Shown: piece after piece, positions 37,901-48,515 of the stretch
How the letters are laid out: the number at the start of each line of letters is the position of its first letter
How positions within the stretch are numbered: the stretch's first letter is position 1
Assembly: GCA_012862495.1 (NCBI GenBank)
Contig: BLSG01000207.1
Coordinates: 1,741 to 59,055, forward strand
Source: Thraustochytrium aureum
Lineage: Eukaryota
DNA: 57,315 nt
Direction of reading: 5' to 3'
The notes under the pieces: model-generated
The model's input: only the letters and a program-made list of their open reading frames with translations
What the model was told of the DNA's origin: nothing
Database searches by the model: none
Position numbers and translations under genes: made by a program

Positions 37901-39596
37901 GATCCACACTGTGGACGCCAAGCGGATGGGGAAAGGATGGAAAAGAAGGCACGCGCACGAGGCGGAGGATGCCAAAAGGCGTTGTCGAGGAGCAACGCAC
38001 TGCATAGCTGCGCTTAGGAGCAAAAAACCCTCACTCTGATGGGCGGCATGCCGGTGCAAGACCACCTGCGCAGAGCGCAACTACACTGGGCATTCTGGAA
38101 ATGAATGTGTTGTGCTAACGCCTGCGTAAACGCCGCTCGCTTTCGCGTCTCACAGGTCAAAGGACGAATCCTCAAGCACGCGGGCGACCTCAAGAGCGCC
38201 GCGGAGGCGCTCGAGAAGGGGCGCACACTAGACCTCGCCGACAAGTGGATCAACTCCAAGTCTGGCAAGTTCCAGCTTCGAGCGGGCTATCGAGAAGGGA
38301 GAGGGCGTCGTGTCGCTCTTCACCAAGCACGAAGGCGACAGTCGCGGGTACCTGCTTGACATGCAGTGCATGTGGTTTGAGATTGAGGCAGGCAAAGCTT
38401 TCCTGAACGCGAACAACCTTGCAATGGCGCTAAAGTTCTTCGCGAGCGTGGCCAAGCACTTTGACGACTTTGAGGAGGACCAGCTCGATTTTCACTCGTA
38501 CTGCCTCCGCAAAATGACTCTACAGTCGTACTTGAGCTTGCTCCGGATGGAGGAGCGTCTCCGCGGCAACCTATTCTTCACGCGCGCAGCGCACGGCGCC
38601 GTCCAATGTTATCTGCACATGAGCGATCGCATCGACGAGTTCCGCCAGGCGGAAGAAGACGATGCCCCGCCCGACTATTCCACGATGACCGCCGCGGAAA
38701 AGAAAAAGGCAAAAGCGCGCGCTCGGAAGGCAGAGCAGAAGAAAAAGAAGGACGAAGAGGCCAAAGCTGCTTTGGAAGCCGCCCAAGCCGCCAAGGCCAA
38801 GGCCGAGGAGGCCAAGGACCCGAAAGAGGGCAAAACGGTGCGCAAAGGCCGCGACTTGCCCACCGACAAGGACCCTGACGGCGCGCTTCTCTTGGAGAAG
38901 GTCTCCTCGGACCCGCTCAAGGCTGCCCACGAGCTCTTGATCACAGTGAACAAGTTTGCTCCGGACAACCTCCAAACCCACCTCGACTCCTTTGACGTCG
39001 AGGTGCGGCGGCAAAAGTTCTTGCAGGCCTCGCGCGCGCTCTTCAACGCAGCGCGCGTCAGCAAGTCTCAAGATGGCGAGGGGCTAGAACACCCGGAGGT
39101 CTTCTGGCGCGCCGCGGTCTTCATGCACTTTGTGTCGACCGGCAAGATCACGTACACGCCTTGGGCAGCCTGTTCGAAGACCGGCGAGACTGTAAACGTG
39201 CCCGCGGACCGCGACCTCGCGCTCGGGGAGGTCACCAGGGCCGTCATCAACGAGACTCTGGCTAGCCTCGGCATGCAGGGCGATGCACTGCAGGCGATTA
39301 AAGCCTACGCAGACAAGCACGCGCCTTCCGGCAAAGACGGAACAGACCTCGCGCACCGCATTGCTGCCTGCAAGGCCCTCGCTCTGGCCGCCCCTGCTGA
39401 CCGGGTCGCGGCTCTCGAGCGCGCCGTTTTCCTGCCGGCGGGCTCGCGCTTCGAAGAGGCAAGCGGCGCTGTCGCCTTCCTTGAGTCGTTTGGGGCAGAG
39501 CCCGCTGTTGTGGAGCGCATGCAGGCCAAGGTCTACGAGGCGTTTCCCCGCTCTGTGCCCAGGGACGATGCTTCTGATGTCCAGGAGAAATCCTGA
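34966..39596 (+). CDS. NAA15: NatA auxiliary subunit NAA15/Nat1; 6 exons; snoRNA host gene
   Basis: [105 protein letters not shown]. Exons 34966-35441, 35702-36029, 36365-36432, 36692-37148, 37624-37689, 38156-39596 with phase-compatible GT-AG sites; indels near 35052, 35121, 38289. Confidence 0.92.
35492..35645 (+). ncRNA. Box H/ACA snoRNA (NAA15 intron 1), snR46/SNORA16-like; predicted guide for LSU pseudouridine at yeast U2865
   Basis: Hairpin (CCCATC.GGAA / TTCC.AGATGGG), H box AGAGCA 35563-35568, second hairpin, ACA 35640-35642. Pocket strands ATCGAAG (35499-35505) and TCAAAA (35549-35554) pair with LSU UUUUGA-[U]C-CUUCGAU, 14 nt from H box; rRNA sequence from memory. Confidence 0.8.
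36123..36267 (+). ncRNA. Box H/ACA snoRNA (NAA15 intron 2), snR34/SNORA65-like 5' pocket; predicted guide for LSU pseudouridine at yeast U2826
   Basis: Hairpin CGCGA/TCGCG, H box AGAGCA 36192-36197, second hairpin GCGTGGGCTA/TGGCCCGCGC, terminal box variant AAA or AGA. Pocket CTGCCAC (36135-36141) + GCCA (36177-36180) pairs with LSU UGGC-[U]U-GUGGCAG, 15 nt from H box. Confidence 0.65.
36480..36610 (+). ncRNA. Candidate box C/D snoRNA (NAA15 intron 3), target not recognised
   Basis: C box ATGACGA 36485-36491, D box CCGA 36603-36606, internal CTGA 36573; closing stems TGTC/GACA, GGGCATGG/CCATGCCC and CGTCGAGC/GCTCGACG. Confidence 0.55.
37244..37319 (+). ncRNA. Box C/D snoRNA (NAA15 intron 4, first); D' guide to 18S AUUCAAGUUUCUGC
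   Basis: C box GTGATGC 37249-37255, guide GCAGAAACTTGAAT 37268-37281, D' CCGA 37283-37286, D CTGA 37312-37315; closing CCC/GGG, GAC/GTC, TCGAGCCT/AGGCTCGA. Confidence 0.75.
37414..37491 (+). ncRNA. Box C/D snoRNA (NAA15 intron 4, second), snR56/SNORD25(U25)-like; guide for 18S Gm (yeast G1428, human G1490), possibly dual guide
   Basis: C GTGACGA 37418-37424; guide ATCACAGACCTGTT 37437/8-37450 complementary to the conserved 18S AACAGGUCUGUGAU in the U25 register; D' CTGA 37451; C' GTGATGC 37461; second element TGCTAATTTATT; D CCGA 37485; stem CCG/CGG plus 14-bp outer stem 37388-37401/37500-37513. Confidence 0.85.
37811..37907 (+). ncRNA. Box C/D snoRNA (NAA15 intron 5); D' guide to LSU AGGUGUAGAAUAAG
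   Basis: Degenerate C AAGATGT 37818-37824; guide CTTATTCTACACCT 37835-37848; D' TCGA 37850; internal hairpin; C' ATGAAA; D CTGA 37899-37902; long closing stem GTGG/CCAC, CGCTTGG/CCAAGCG, TTCCCCATC/GATGGGGAA. Confidence 0.7.
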
Positions 39597-39673
39597 TTAC
39601 AATAATTGTTTGACTTGACGTTTGTGTTGCCCGCCCCCGGGCGTTGAAATCAAGCTAGCGCATGTGCGCCGCG

Positions 39674-41114
39674 TCACACGCGGAGGAGGACGCCATTGCG
39701 CTCAGCAACTACTGCCAGGGACCAGAAGGCCGCCGTCTTGAGAACCGCAAAGGCAATGCTGCTCCCTTGGACCACTAGGTCTCGCGTGGCGCTCAGGACA
39801 TCGTGCCGTGGGAAAGGGTCGTCCAGGCTCTCGCTCACGTAGACCACGTCAATGAGCGCCTCCAACGGGCCGTGTAGAAGAAAGACGAGAAGGGCGTTGC
39901 GCCCGAGGGAAGCCAGCGGAGCGATCCAGCGCCAGCGCCAGACGTCGCAGACCTGGAGCGCCAGGCCGAGTAGGGCATAGGCAAGCGCGCCGGTGACGAG
40001 AGCGTAGCTGGTAGAGTACAGCTGCTTGTTGATTGGGAATGCCGTCGCTGCCACAACGATGCCAGCCAGCCCAGTGCTGGCTCCGCCAAACGCGCAGCCC
40101 TTCTGCATGTCGAGGATCGCCTTGCCTCGGCCGACGCTGTGTTCTCCAATACTGGCAAGGCTTGCGCCGCACAGGAGCCCGAGGCGCACAGAGACGAGGC
40201 TGCCAAGCGTTCCGAGCGCGCCTTCCGGGTCATACATGTGGGCCCAACACCACGCCGGGCCTTGGCGCGGGCAGCTTCGTGGGGCGCAAGAGGAGCAAGC
40301 CTCCATCCGCGAGCTAAACCAAACGCCGAGGTGACTCTGGCCAAATAGAGCGCGGTCTAGCATTCCCGCTGCAGAGCACGCGGGGCCATCAATGGACCCG
40401 CGGAGTCGCACTCTACCTGAAAAGTTGCGTTGCGGCGGCCCCCAAGGTAGACGCTTTCGTGGGGGCGGCGCCCGGAGCCGCACCCCAGGCCGAGGTCCAA
40501 CTCGGGACCCATGCGGCGAATGTTACCACAAGGTAGACGACCTGCAGCGCGGCGTGCGCCATAATCGAGGCGGCGGCCGCGTGGCGCGGGATAAGCCACG
40601 CGGTGGCGATCTCAACAGCGCCGCAGACCCATAGTGCGAGCCCAATTCGGTTCAGGACGCCGCAGAATCGAAGGCGCCGCAGGTCGTACCCAAACGGCAC
40701 CTCTCCTTCAAACGAGTTCCCGCCCTGCAAAAGAACGCCCAGGCCGTACAGTTTGGCGCAGCGCCACGTCAGGTTGCGGAAGAAGCGGGTGCGGCGCGCC
40801 GCGGCGGTCCTCGCGAGAGCCAGCCCAAGCGCCGCGCCAGCAACAAACAGAAACCCGGGCATCACAATGTCTGCGAGGCGGAGCCCATGCCAGGCGCTGT
40901 GGCCGATCCACTCCGGGTGCTCGTCCCCGCACTCGTCAACGAAGACCATCAGGGCAACGAAGAGACCGCGGAGCGCGTCGAGCGCAGTCACGCGCCCCAG
41001 TCCGTGGGCGGCCGCGGCGGGTCCATCCGGCTCGTGCGGGGCTGTGCCCTCGGCCACGACGCCGTCCAAGAGCAGCTCGCTCGGCGCCGCGTCCTCTACC
41101 GCCTCCTCGCGCAT
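39674..41114 (-). CDS. Heparan-alpha-glucosaminide N-acetyltransferase (HGSNAT)-like membrane acyltransferase
   Basis: RVTALDALRGLFVALMVFVD, IGHSAWHGLRLADIVMPGFLFVAG, LRFCGVLNRIG, YDPEGALG, PINKQLYSTSY, LGRNALLVF; two or more indels near 40405-40480. Confidence 0.8.
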
Positions 41115-41698
41115 CAGCTCGGCGCCGTTTGTCGGTGAGCAGCTCGACCTCGCCGGCGGATGTTCATCAGTGGACGGGCAGGCTGGCAGGCTGGCGGGCC
41201 TGGGGCGGCTGACGGTTGGCCAGGAGGGAGTCCGACGCCAGCCCTAGCGTGCGCGACGGCGCAGGGCGGCGACGCGCTGCAGCGCGCCGCGCTCGCGCAG
41301 TTTGGGGGCTCGTGTCGGTCAAATCGGCCCAAGTGGCACTCGCTCGCTCGTTGGGGACAATGTGCGGAGTGTGGCGAGACCGTCGTCCGTCCCACGCCTG
41401 GAGGACACGGCACCGTTGCCGTCCTTCTGCTCGGCAGGCTGCCGGGGTCGGAGAATGGCGGCACGTGAGGAAGCTGCCGTTGTTGCCGAAGCAGGCGGGG
41501 AGGAGAGGCGCTGGCTGTTGTTTGCAACGAGGCATACCGCACGGACCCCGCTGTCCTGGTCGAGCATGCTGGAGGCGCAGCTCCAAGGGGGATGGATTCG
41601 CGCTGTCGACTTTGTTGAGGTTTTCATCAAGCGCTCGGTCTTCACCAGTCCTCAAACAGGGCAGAACTTTTGGCTCTGACTGCTGCGATACGCACAGA

Positions 41699-42343
41699 AT
41701 GGGCGCCGCATCGAGCAGCGCACCGGCTCCCGTCGCGCGAATCAGCAACCTCAAGGCGTATGTTATGTTGGTTAGCGCGGACGGAGCCGAGGTGGAGCTG
41801 CCGCAGGGATTCACGCCGCGCCTCCCTGCAGAGGAGTATCGTGGGGCGCTCCCGGGCAGAGAGTGGCGCAAAGTCTACGCGGCCTTCCTCGGCTACTGCG
41901 GATCGAAGCGAGGCAGCAAGGAGAAACTCGCATTGTTGCGACAGCTCCGAGCCGACCTCCCGCACAACCGGTTCAAGTTCGCGGCCAAGAGGGCCGCGGG
42001 GGTTCGATACTACATTTTGACGGTTGCCTGCACCGACGTCCCGCGCGAGCGGACCGAGACGCCGCTCGCCAACCTCTTGGAGCGCACGCTCCGCGACATA
42101 AAAGGTGGTGCGCACGGAGATGACGGCGGGTCGGCGAAGCTCTCCGTCTCCTCTGAGAGCTCGGCGGAGGGGCAGCAGCCTTGTGAGGAGCTGCCGATAG
42201 AGCAAGACGGCTCGATGAAGCAGCGCTTCGGGGCCGACTGGGTCGCTCCTGCAGGGCTCAGAGGGCGTTGCGAACGCCTTGTCAAAGCTCACTCGGGCCC
42301 TTGCGGCGGGCCGATCCGCCTCTCGCAAGTCCTGACCGCATGA
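41699..42343 (+). CDS. Hypothetical protein with possible N-myristoylation motif (MGAASS)
   Basis: 214-codon ORF with a globular-looking N-terminal half; no family recognised. Confidence 0.5.
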   Translation: MGAASSSAPAPVARISNLKAYVMLVSADGAEVELPQGFTPRLPAEEYRGALPGREWRKVYAAFLGYCGSKRGSKEKLALLRQLRADLPHNRFKFAAKRAAGVRYYILTVACTDVPRERTETPLANLLERTLRDIKGGAHGDDGGSAKLSVSSESSAEGQQPCEELPIEQDGSMKQRFGADWVAPAGLRGRCERLVKAHSGPCGGPIRLSQVLTA

Positions 42344-42471
42344 ACCACAGGTGAATGAATTCACTGATGAATTGCGGCGTTTGCATTTCACGTACAACAT
42401 CTCTTTGGAAACAACTTTAGCGCTTTGCTCCTGCTCGATCTCCACCGCAAGAAACGAGCAAGGCGCGCCCG

Positions 42472-43382
42472 TCAACCGTCCGTCGCCTTTTCGGCCTCCA
42501 GGGTTTGTACAAGCTGGAGATCTGACCGCGTCGCGTCGCCCGCTCCCTCAATGCCGTCGTCGATCACCCTCAGGATCCCCGCTGGAGTCGGCTCTGAGCT
42601 CACCAAAATGCGGCGGCCGAGCGATACAAACGAGTCTCGCAACGCGCGCGCCGTGGTTTCGCCGATCGCCACGAGCGAGACGTCGCGAGCGAGCGGTGTT
42701 CTGCTCGACTCGAGGCTCTTCACCCCGCTAGGGCTGAAAAACACGCACCAAATCTTGGTCCCGACTGGCGCAGAGTCCAGCGAGACTTCCGGCGGCAACT
42801 CCAAGTCAGCGCGCGGAATAGTTCGATAAACGCAATCTCCACCATCCTAATTGCCCGCTCGTGCAGGCCGAGCGGAATTGTGTCTCTTCGAATGTTCCCC
42901 GCCGCGAACAGCAGCGGCCGGGTTTCGCTTGCGTCACGCTCTCTCGCGATGACTTCGAGGAGGCTGGCCGCGTTTCCGGACTCTGACCCGAACACCTCGC
43001 AGCCAAGGTCTGGGAGCCGGGAGGCGGTGCCTTTCCCAACAGCGAACCACTTTGCGCCCCGCAGTCGCTGGCGCTGCTCGGGCGAGAAGCCCTCAACTAG
43101 TTGAGCAACAGCTTGCGCGGCGCGCGGGCTCGTGAGCACGACGGCCCAGACGCCGAGTTCGCCGGCCCTGCCCTCCGCTGTCGACGACTCCGTCAAAGCG
43201 CGCTTGAGCTGCTCAACACCCTGCAGGTCGGCCTCGAACGCTATCACCGGGCAGTAAAGCACCTCGCGAGGCGGACAGCCGCCCTGCGCTGGCCGTTCGA
43301 GCGCAGCTTTGTACTTGCATTTCTCGCCGCCCGCCTCCTTGAGCAGCACCACGAGGTCCGCAACCGCCGCCCGCTGCGCCAT
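42472..43382 (-). CDS. UROS: Uroporphyrinogen-III synthase (HEM4/HemD)
   Basis: VVLLKE, CPVIAF, VVLTSPRAAQA, FAVGKGTA, GSESGNAASL, PLLFAAGNIRRD, VYRT (after 1-nt deletion near 42831), VFFSPSGV, VAIGETTARAL, SEPTPAGI. Confidence 0.88.
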
Positions 43383-43543
43383 GGCGTTTCTCTCTCGGGG
43401 GGCCCAGGAGCCAGCCCGTACTTGGGCTCCGTCCGATCCGCCGTCGCCAGGCTGGGCCGGCTCGTGTTGAGCCGCGCTGGGGGACTGCCTGATCATCGAT
43501 CGATCGCCTGGACGCTCGCTCGCTTGCTCGTGCACCAACCCGC

Positions 43544-43742
43544 CTCTCGTCATTAAGTTCCCTGTGACGAGCGACAGGCGAGCACGGACCGACGACAGGC
43601 GAACGCGCAAGAGCTCTCGTCATTAGAGTCTCCCCTGTGACGAGCGACAGGCGAGCGCGAACCGCACGACACGCGAACGCGCAGGAGCTCTCGTCATTGG
43701 AGTAGCCCCTGTGACGAGCGATTGCCGAGCGCGGCGCAGGAG
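43544..43742. repeat. Three 70-74 bp tandem units, each with CTCGTCA-N12..15-TGACGAG inverted repeat
   Basis: Units start 43544, 43614, 43688; arms invariant, loops vary (TTAAGTTCCCTG, TTAGAGTCTCCCCTG, TTGGAGTAGCCCCTG). Confidence 0.9.
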
Positions 43743-44073
43743 AACAACGGGGACGAGCAAAGGGTCAGGGCAGGCAGCAGGCAGGCAGGCAGGCAGGCCC
43801 AAAGCGGAGGCTGCGCAGGCAGGCCCGCGAGAGCGACAGGCGGGACGCNNNNNNNNNNNNNNNNNNNNNNNNNNNNNNNNNNNNNNNNNNNNNNNNNNNN
43901 NNNNNNNNNNNNNNNNNNNNNNNNNNNNNNNNNNNNNNNNNNNNNNNNNNNNNNNNNNNNNNNNNNNNNNNNNNNNNNNNNNNNNNNNNNNNNNNNNNNN
44001 NNNNNNNNNNNNNNNNNNNNNNNNNNNNNNNNNNNNNNNNNNNNNNNNNNNNNNNNNNNNNNNNNNNNNNNNN

Positions 44074-47000
44074 GTGCCGGTGCCGAGGACGGCGGCAGGA
44101 AGATCGCAAGCGAGCAACGCGCACCAAGCGTATGGAGCGATCGGCAGGGCGCACAACGTAGGGCGCCAGAGGGGCGACGAAGAAGGCGCGCGAGGCGGGC
44201 TGAGCGGCGATCCGCTGAGGAAGCCGCTTCTTGAGCGAAGCAACTACGCGGAGCCGGGCGACGGATCGGCGCAAGCAAGCTTCAAGAGGCAGTTGCGCCG
44301 GATGAATAGCCTTGCGAACCGGACCTACTTTGAGAGGCTCGTGGACAAGTTGCGAGCGCACTGGAACTCGTTGCGAACGCCCAACGCCGAAGAGGGGCTG
44401 GACTTTGACACGGCAGAGAATCGGTTGTACAAACAGCGCCTGGAGGAAATCTCGAGCGCGACGCAGCTGAGCTGGCTCGGGAACATGGAGGTGATGAAGT
44501 GGGCCACTGGACTTGTGATCGCGGTAGTCGTCTCGGTTCTTGCTGTCACGGTTGACCTTAGCGTTAAAGCGCTGTCCCACCACAAGTTTGACCGCATGCG
44601 CGACATGATGGACCGCGGGCGCGTCGAGCACGCCTTCATCTTCTACCTTTTGCTAAACGCGGGATTTGTCAGCGTTGCAACGCTGCTGGTCGCTTTCTTG
44701 GACCTGCGTGCGAAGGGGAGCGGCGTGCCCGAGATCAAGAGCTATCTCAACGGGCGCAAGATCCATCGCGTGCTTTCGATCCGCACGCTCTTCTCCAAAC
44801 TGGCAGGCGTCATTTTCAGCGTGAGCGGGTCCATGGTGCTCGGGAAGGAAGGTCCCATGATGCACGCTGGTGCCGTAGTCGGCTCGTTTGTTTCCCAAGG
44901 CCGGGGCGAGTTTTCCTCGTTTGGGATCCACTTGCTTGCCTTTCACAGCGATGCTGAAAGGCGCTCGTTCGTCTCTATCGGGTGCGCTTGCGGCGTGGCC
45001 GCTGCGTTCTCCGCACCCCCTTGGCGGCGTTCTGTTTGTAATCGAGGAGGCCGCCTCGTACTGGTCGGTCAAGCTGACGTGGCTCACCTTTTTTGCAACA
45101 ATGACCTGCGCGGCAATCGTGGATGTTGTTATATCGGGCGTCAACGACAACGCCGAGTGGGGGCTCATGTCCCAATCCGCCGTGATCTCTTTTGGCAGCT
45201 TTGAAGGCGCCAGCAGAGACAAGTGCTACCCGGAGCAGGTGCCTTACCGATTCCTGGAGCTTTTTGTGTTCATGTCGATGGGAGCCTTGGGCGGCCTCGC
45301 TGGCGCGCTCTTCAACGCTGCCAACCTGCGCATCAGCAAGTGGCGCAAGCTCTACGTGGTGGACCCGCGGGTGCGCATGATTGAGGCGCTCCTCGTCTCG
45401 GCGCTGACCTCTGCGACGTCCTTCGGTTCGGCCTATCTCTACCCGNNNNNNNNNNNNNNNNNNNNNNNNNNNNNNNNNNNNNNNNNNNNNNNNNNNNNNN
45501 NNNNNNNNNNNNNNNNNNNNNNNNNNNNNNNNNNNNNNNNNNNNNNNNNNNNNNNNNNNNNNNNNNNNNNNNNNNNNNNNNNNNNNNNNNNNNNNNNNNN
45601 NNNNNNNNNNNNNNNNNNNNNNNNNNNNNNNNNNNNNNNNNNNNNNNNNNNNNNNNNNNCTTCGGTTCGGCCTATCTCTACCCGTGCCGCCCACTGAAGG
45701 ACGCAGCGCTTGTGGACTGGGCGCACCAGGACCTGTTGGAAGGGGAGAGCTTTGCGAGGTCTGCGAAGAACACCACGTGCGAGGACATTGAGCCGCTCGG
45801 GTCGTTTTGCCGCGAGCCTGGCCACATCAACGACCTCGAGTCCCTCGTGGTCGTGTCGCTCGACTCGACCGTCAAGCAACTCTTTCATAGCAGCCTCATG
45901 TACGACTACACTGCCCTGCTCATCGCGGGGGTGTCTGTGATGGTGCTTGCATGTGTGACGTATGGGACGAGCATCCCGAGCGGGCTCTTTGTGCCTGCCA
46001 TCGCGATCGGGTCGACTTGGGGTCGGATCGTGGGGCAGCTCTTGTATGAGATGACGAGCGGTGCGGCGACCAGCGCGATCGGGGCCGTCGACCCTGGCAC
46101 CTACGCCCTCATCGGCGCGGCGGCCATGCTGGGCGGGATCACGCGCATGACCATCTCGATCGTGGTGATCCTGATCGAGACGACCAACAACATCACCTAC
46201 GCCATTCCCATCATGGTCACCATCATGGCCGCCAAGGTGGTGGGCGATCAGTTCACCTCTGGTCTGTACGACATGCACATCGAGCTCCAGGGAATCAAGT
46301 TTATACACGACGAGCCCCCAAAGAGCGCGCACCAGGTCCAAGTCCGCGAAGTCATGGTGAAAACCCCCGTCGTGTTTAATTTGTTCGAGCGCGTGAGCGA
46401 CATCATCGACACGCTCGAGGGCGTAACCCACAACGGGTTTCCGGTGGTGTCCAACTTGACAGAGGAGGAGCAGCTGCGGAGCCCCACGACGCGGACCGCT
46501 GACCGGTCCCCCTCGGCGCAAAGGAGCGCCCCTTCGTCGGGCCACTCGCGCAGCGCATGGGCGTCCGACTCGGCCATCTCCGAGTCGGCACTGCTCGGGG
46601 CAGCTCGGTTTAGTAGCCACCGCAGCATTGATGAGAGTGCAGACGCGGTGGCCGACGAGGAGTGCCTTCGGCTTGTGGCCTCCAGCTCGAAGCGCAAGCG
46701 CGACCACCAGGCGCGCCGGCGGCGCAAAAACCGCGAGTCTAGAGACTCTGTGCCCGACGAGGGCGGCCGCGCGGCTTGCGGTCTCGACTCGCAGCACGGC
46801 TTTGGGGTCTTTGAGGGAACCATCCTGCGCAGCCAGCTGCTGATCCTCCTTTACGAGCGCGTCTTCGTGGACGACTCGGCGCCGCTCGTGGACCGCATTC
46901 GCACGAAGCGGGCAGGGATCAACTGGCGTGAGTTTTACAAGCACTACCCCCGCAGTCCGAGCATCCGCGACGTGGTCTCGCGCCTCTCGGCTGCGGACTT

Positions 47001-47771
47001 TGAGCGCGTTGTCGACCTGCGTCCGTACCTCAACTCGAGCGCGCTTACAGTCCACCACTCGGTCTACATGACGCGCGTGCACCAGCTGTTTCGCCACCTC
47101 GGGCTCCGCCACCTCACGGTGGTGAACACGATGAATCAGGTTGTCGGGATTGTGACGCGGGACCAGCTCCACAACATTGTTGCGCACACGGCTCGGCACC
47201 GCGAGTTCCGCGAGCACCGCAAGCCGCGCGCGGGCTCTGGTCCCAAGACTGCGTTGGCTGCCGTCGCTCCCGTCAGCGGCACTGCAGGTGTGAGGCTCTC
47301 TGCCAAGCAACACGAACTGGGCCTTCCGCCTATCAGCGGTGTCATCGAGGCGGCCAGTGGCGACGAGACTGCATCGGAAGACGGCGGCAACTTGAGCGTC
47401 GACCTCGAGGGAGGTGCTCAGTCTGTGCATGCGTTTGGCGAGTCTGCAGCTGCCTGGCAGGCGGCCGGCGGGAGCAGGGTTGAAAGGTCTCTGCCTGAAA
47501 ACTTGCTTGCACAGGAATATGTTCGTCTGGGGGACGGCGAGGACTTTAGTGGAGAGGGCGAGGACGGCGAAGCTGCCTCGTCGAGTAGCGAGGATTCTGA
47601 AACATCGGAGAGTGAGGAGGAGGTCCTGGAAAAGTCAATGCCCGAGCGCGTGTTTAAGACTTGGAGCCATTTGCAGCACAGGGTCGGGTCGGCGCATTTG
47701 CAGGAGTCGGACCTTTCAGCTGGGGCAAGCTCTGGGTCTGCAGGGGCGGGCGCGCGGCGCAGCAACAACAG
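44074..47771 (+). CDS. CLC-family Cl-/H+ antiporter (CLC-6/7, CLC-d-like) with CBS domains; both ends run into gaps
   Basis: GSGVPE, GKEGP (gating Glu), GGVLFVIEE (proton Glu), PSGLFVP, GGITRMTIS, GLYDMHIEL, HNGFPVV, LFRHLGLRHLTVV; extra base near 45020; gap 45446-45659 is a false gap with a 25-nt overlap. Confidence 0.92.
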
Positions 47772-48515
47772 NNNNNNNNNNNNNNNNNNNNNNNNNNNNN
47801 NNNNNNNNNNNNNNNNNNNNNNNNNNNNNNNNNNNNNNNNNNNNNNNNNNNNNNNNNNNNNNNNNNNNNNNNNNNNNNNNNNNNNNNNNNNNNNNNNNNN
47901 NNNNNNNNNNNNNNNNNNNNNNNNNNNNNNNNNNNNNNNNNNNNNNNNNNNNNNNNNNNNNNNNNNNNNNNNNNNNNNNNNNNNNNNNNNNNNNNNNNNN
48001 NNNNNNNNNNNNNNNNNNNNNNNNNNNNNNNNNNNNNNNNNNNNNNNNNNNNNNNNNNNNNNNNNNNNNNNNNNNNNNNNNNNNNNNNNNNNNNNNNNNN
48101 NNNNNNNNNNNNNNNNNNNNNNNNNNNNNNNNNNNNNNNNNNNNNNNNNNNNNNNNNNNNNNNNNNNNNNNNNNNNNNNNNNNNNNNNNNNNNNNNNNNN
48201 NNNNNNNNNNNNNNNNNNNNNNNNNNNNNNNNNNNNNNNNNNNNNNNNNNNNNNNNNNNNNNNNNNNNNNNNNNNNNNNNNNNNNNNNNNNNNNNNNNNN
48301 NNNNNNNNAGACCCGTTGCAGGTGGGACACGCGAGCCCGCCGTGGGCGAGCGCGAGCCAACTAGGCTGAAGTAGCGGCGAGGCCGCAGCGAGCTCCCGGG
48401 ATACCGCCACGGTTGAGCTAGGTGAAGGAGGGGAGAAGCAGGGAAAGAGAGTGGTTCGAGCGGCTCAAACAAGTCGGGCAAGCGGAAGTGATCTGAGCGG
48501 GGAAGTGAAGGGAAA

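Noticed and set aside
2680..43382. Pseudogene status for the frameshifted genes
   Set aside because: Essential genes (WDR12, NAA15, UROS) keep intact motifs and show no in-frame nonsense decay once single indels are corrected
43544..43742. CRISPR-like array
   Set aside because: Sequences between the hairpins are homologous to each other, so they are not spacers
45421..45684. Direct repeat or target-site duplication flanking a gap in the CLC gene
   Set aside because: The identical 25-mer on both sides is a contig overlap; merging it restores a continuous reading frame
45439..47430. Long antisense ORFs opposite CLC, dynein and other genes
   Set aside because: Shadow ORFs expected from high GC3 codon usage; no recognisable domains
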